This document shows, in pieces, positions 62,268 through 64,000 of a DNA stretch of 64,000 bases (its first letter is position 1; each line of letters opens with the position of its first letter). A program made the position numbers and the translations under genes. This stretch comes from Vermamoeba vermiformis. Lineage: Eukaryota. The notes below the pieces were generated by a model. The model did no database searches. It was given only the letters and a program-made list of their open reading frames with translations, and was not told the DNA's origin. The DNA lies in the NCBI GenBank assembly GCA_045837725.1, contig JBEWZL010000069.1:1-64000 (forward strand), read 5' to 3'.

Positions 62268-64000
62268 ATGCCTCTTTACAATTTCAAGACCATCCAGGTC
62301 GTCCCATCGGCCAAAGAGTTTGTGGATATCATTCTTTCCAAAACTCAACGAAAGACCCCTACAGTTATTCACAAGCATTATGCTATTTCTAATATCAGAA
62401 AGTTTTATATGCGCAAAGTCAAGTATACACAGCAAACGATCCACGATAAGTTGACTCAGATCATCTCAGATTTCCCCATTCTTGATGTACGTATAGGCAA
62501 AATAATATTTATGCTACAATCTATAATGCATGTGTTAATTATGGCGCGATTCGCAGCGCTTGGCGTTAATTTTTTAATTTCAAATCCAAATCAGATTGGG
62601 ATTCGATCGCGAATAAAATTTATCAACGATATGATTTCGCTTAAAATATTGCTATTGACATTATCGATATTTTTATCTCATTGATGCGCGTACAGAAGCT
62701 AACAATCATGTTAAAACAGGAAATTCATCCCTTCTACTCCGATCTGGCCAACGTTTTGTATGATAAAGATCACTATAAATTGGCTTTGGGTCAATTGAAC
62801 ACTGCCAGACACTTGGTCGATACTATTGCTAAGGACTACGTGCGCCTCTTGAAGTTCGGAGATTCGCTTTACAGATGTAAACAGCTCAAGAGAGCAGCTC
62901 TGGGCAGGTAAGAAATTTGCATATTTACCATAATATAATTTTTCGCCTTTTTACAGCGTATTATTTATCAACTGACGTTCTGATCGCTTGATCGCGATCG
63001 AATCTTGAATGACTTTTTGTATTGATCAACGTCCTAATTATTTTATTAATATAGAATGGTTAAATTGGTTGCTAAGAATGCTCCCGCTTTTGCTTATCTC
63101 GAACAAGTAAGTGTCACTCAAAACTCGGCTCGATCTTTTCCGGTTTAACACCATCGTTTTTTTTGCAAATAGAATTAATATTATACAAATAGAATATTAA
63201 TGATTAATTTAAATAGGTTCGTCAACATATGGCCCGTTTGCCATCGATTGATCCCAACACTAGAACTCTTTTGCTCTGCGGTTATCCTAACGTCGGAAAA
63301 TCATCTTTTATGAACAAGGTACGCATTATTATAATATAATAAGGACTATTTATAATATTAAAGCGAATGAAGCAAATTTACTCATAATATTATTGCGTAG
63401 GTTACTCGAGCCAATGTCGATGTTCAAGAATATGCTTTCACCACCAAATCACTCTTCGTTGGTCACACTGACTTTAAATATTTGCGCTGGCAGGTAAGAT
63501 TCGATTTTGAATGCGTGCATTCGCTGTGTAACAGCTCGATCCCGTCTGTAGATCTTATCGAACAAATTAGTTTTGCTTAACATTAATATTAGCGTCTCTG
63601 CATAAGTACATGTGGTTGTTTATACGTATACTATTAATAACACTATCATTATAGGTTATTGATACCCCGGGTATTTTGGATCACCCTATCGACGAAAGAA
63701 ACACTATTGAAATGCTTTCTATTACTGCTTTGGCGCACTTGAAGTGCAGTATTATCTATATTATTGATATTTCTGAGCGTTGCGGTTACAGTATTGCCGA
63801 ACAAGTAAGTCTTCAGCGAACTGGAGTGGATGCATCCGTTAACTTACGAGCAAGAATTATATAAAATTAATCGTTATGTTATATAGGTCGCTCTTTTCAA
63901 CAGTATTAAGCCTTTGTTTGCCAACAAGCCTCTTCTCGTTGTTTTGAACAAGACGGATCTTCGTCCTGTTGAGAACTTGAACCCTGAAGAACGTGCCTTA
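62268..64000 (+). CDS. NOG1: Nucleolar GTP-binding protein 1 (runs off the window end)
   Basis: [59 protein letters not shown]. Confidence 0.95.

Overview
AT-rich, gene-dense eukaryotic DNA with many short (about 40-60 nt) GT-AG introns. It is probably a protist, and an amoebozoan is only a guess. The ORF track is therefore fragmented, so I assembled the gene models by hand. Housekeeping genes lie at about 19-25 kb and 45-64 kb: TPK, ARL8, a methyltransferase, a CHCH protein, AKR, an LRR receptor-like protein, Lon, NAA10, cyclin L, tRNA-Arg(TCT), a Ca/cation exchanger and NOG1. Three accessory features stand out. (1) A compact four-gene cluster at 11.3-16.2 kb. A tail-anchored trypsin-like protease, a 75-aa N/Q/G-rich peptide and an unknown protein share matching RHIM/BASS-like putative amyloid motifs, and they sit next to a tail-anchored subtilisin. 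This is a candidate undescribed amyloid-triggered protease signalling system. (2) A tandem array at 25.4-45.3 kb of five SAM-SAM-U-box E3 ligase genes with swappable N-termini: four RNI-like LRR versions and one complete MORC ATPase. An inverted MORC paralogue sits at the window start. (3) A 6.07-kb Sola-like DNA transposon (45-bp TIRs, TGTG target duplication) whose transposase is fused to a USP-like peptidase and a chromodomain, inserted into exon 1 of the last array member. A TTAA-flanked Kolobok-like non-autonomous element lies in the intron that splits helicase motif VI of an SHPRH-like gene. All domain calls come from motif recognition by eye; no searches were run.
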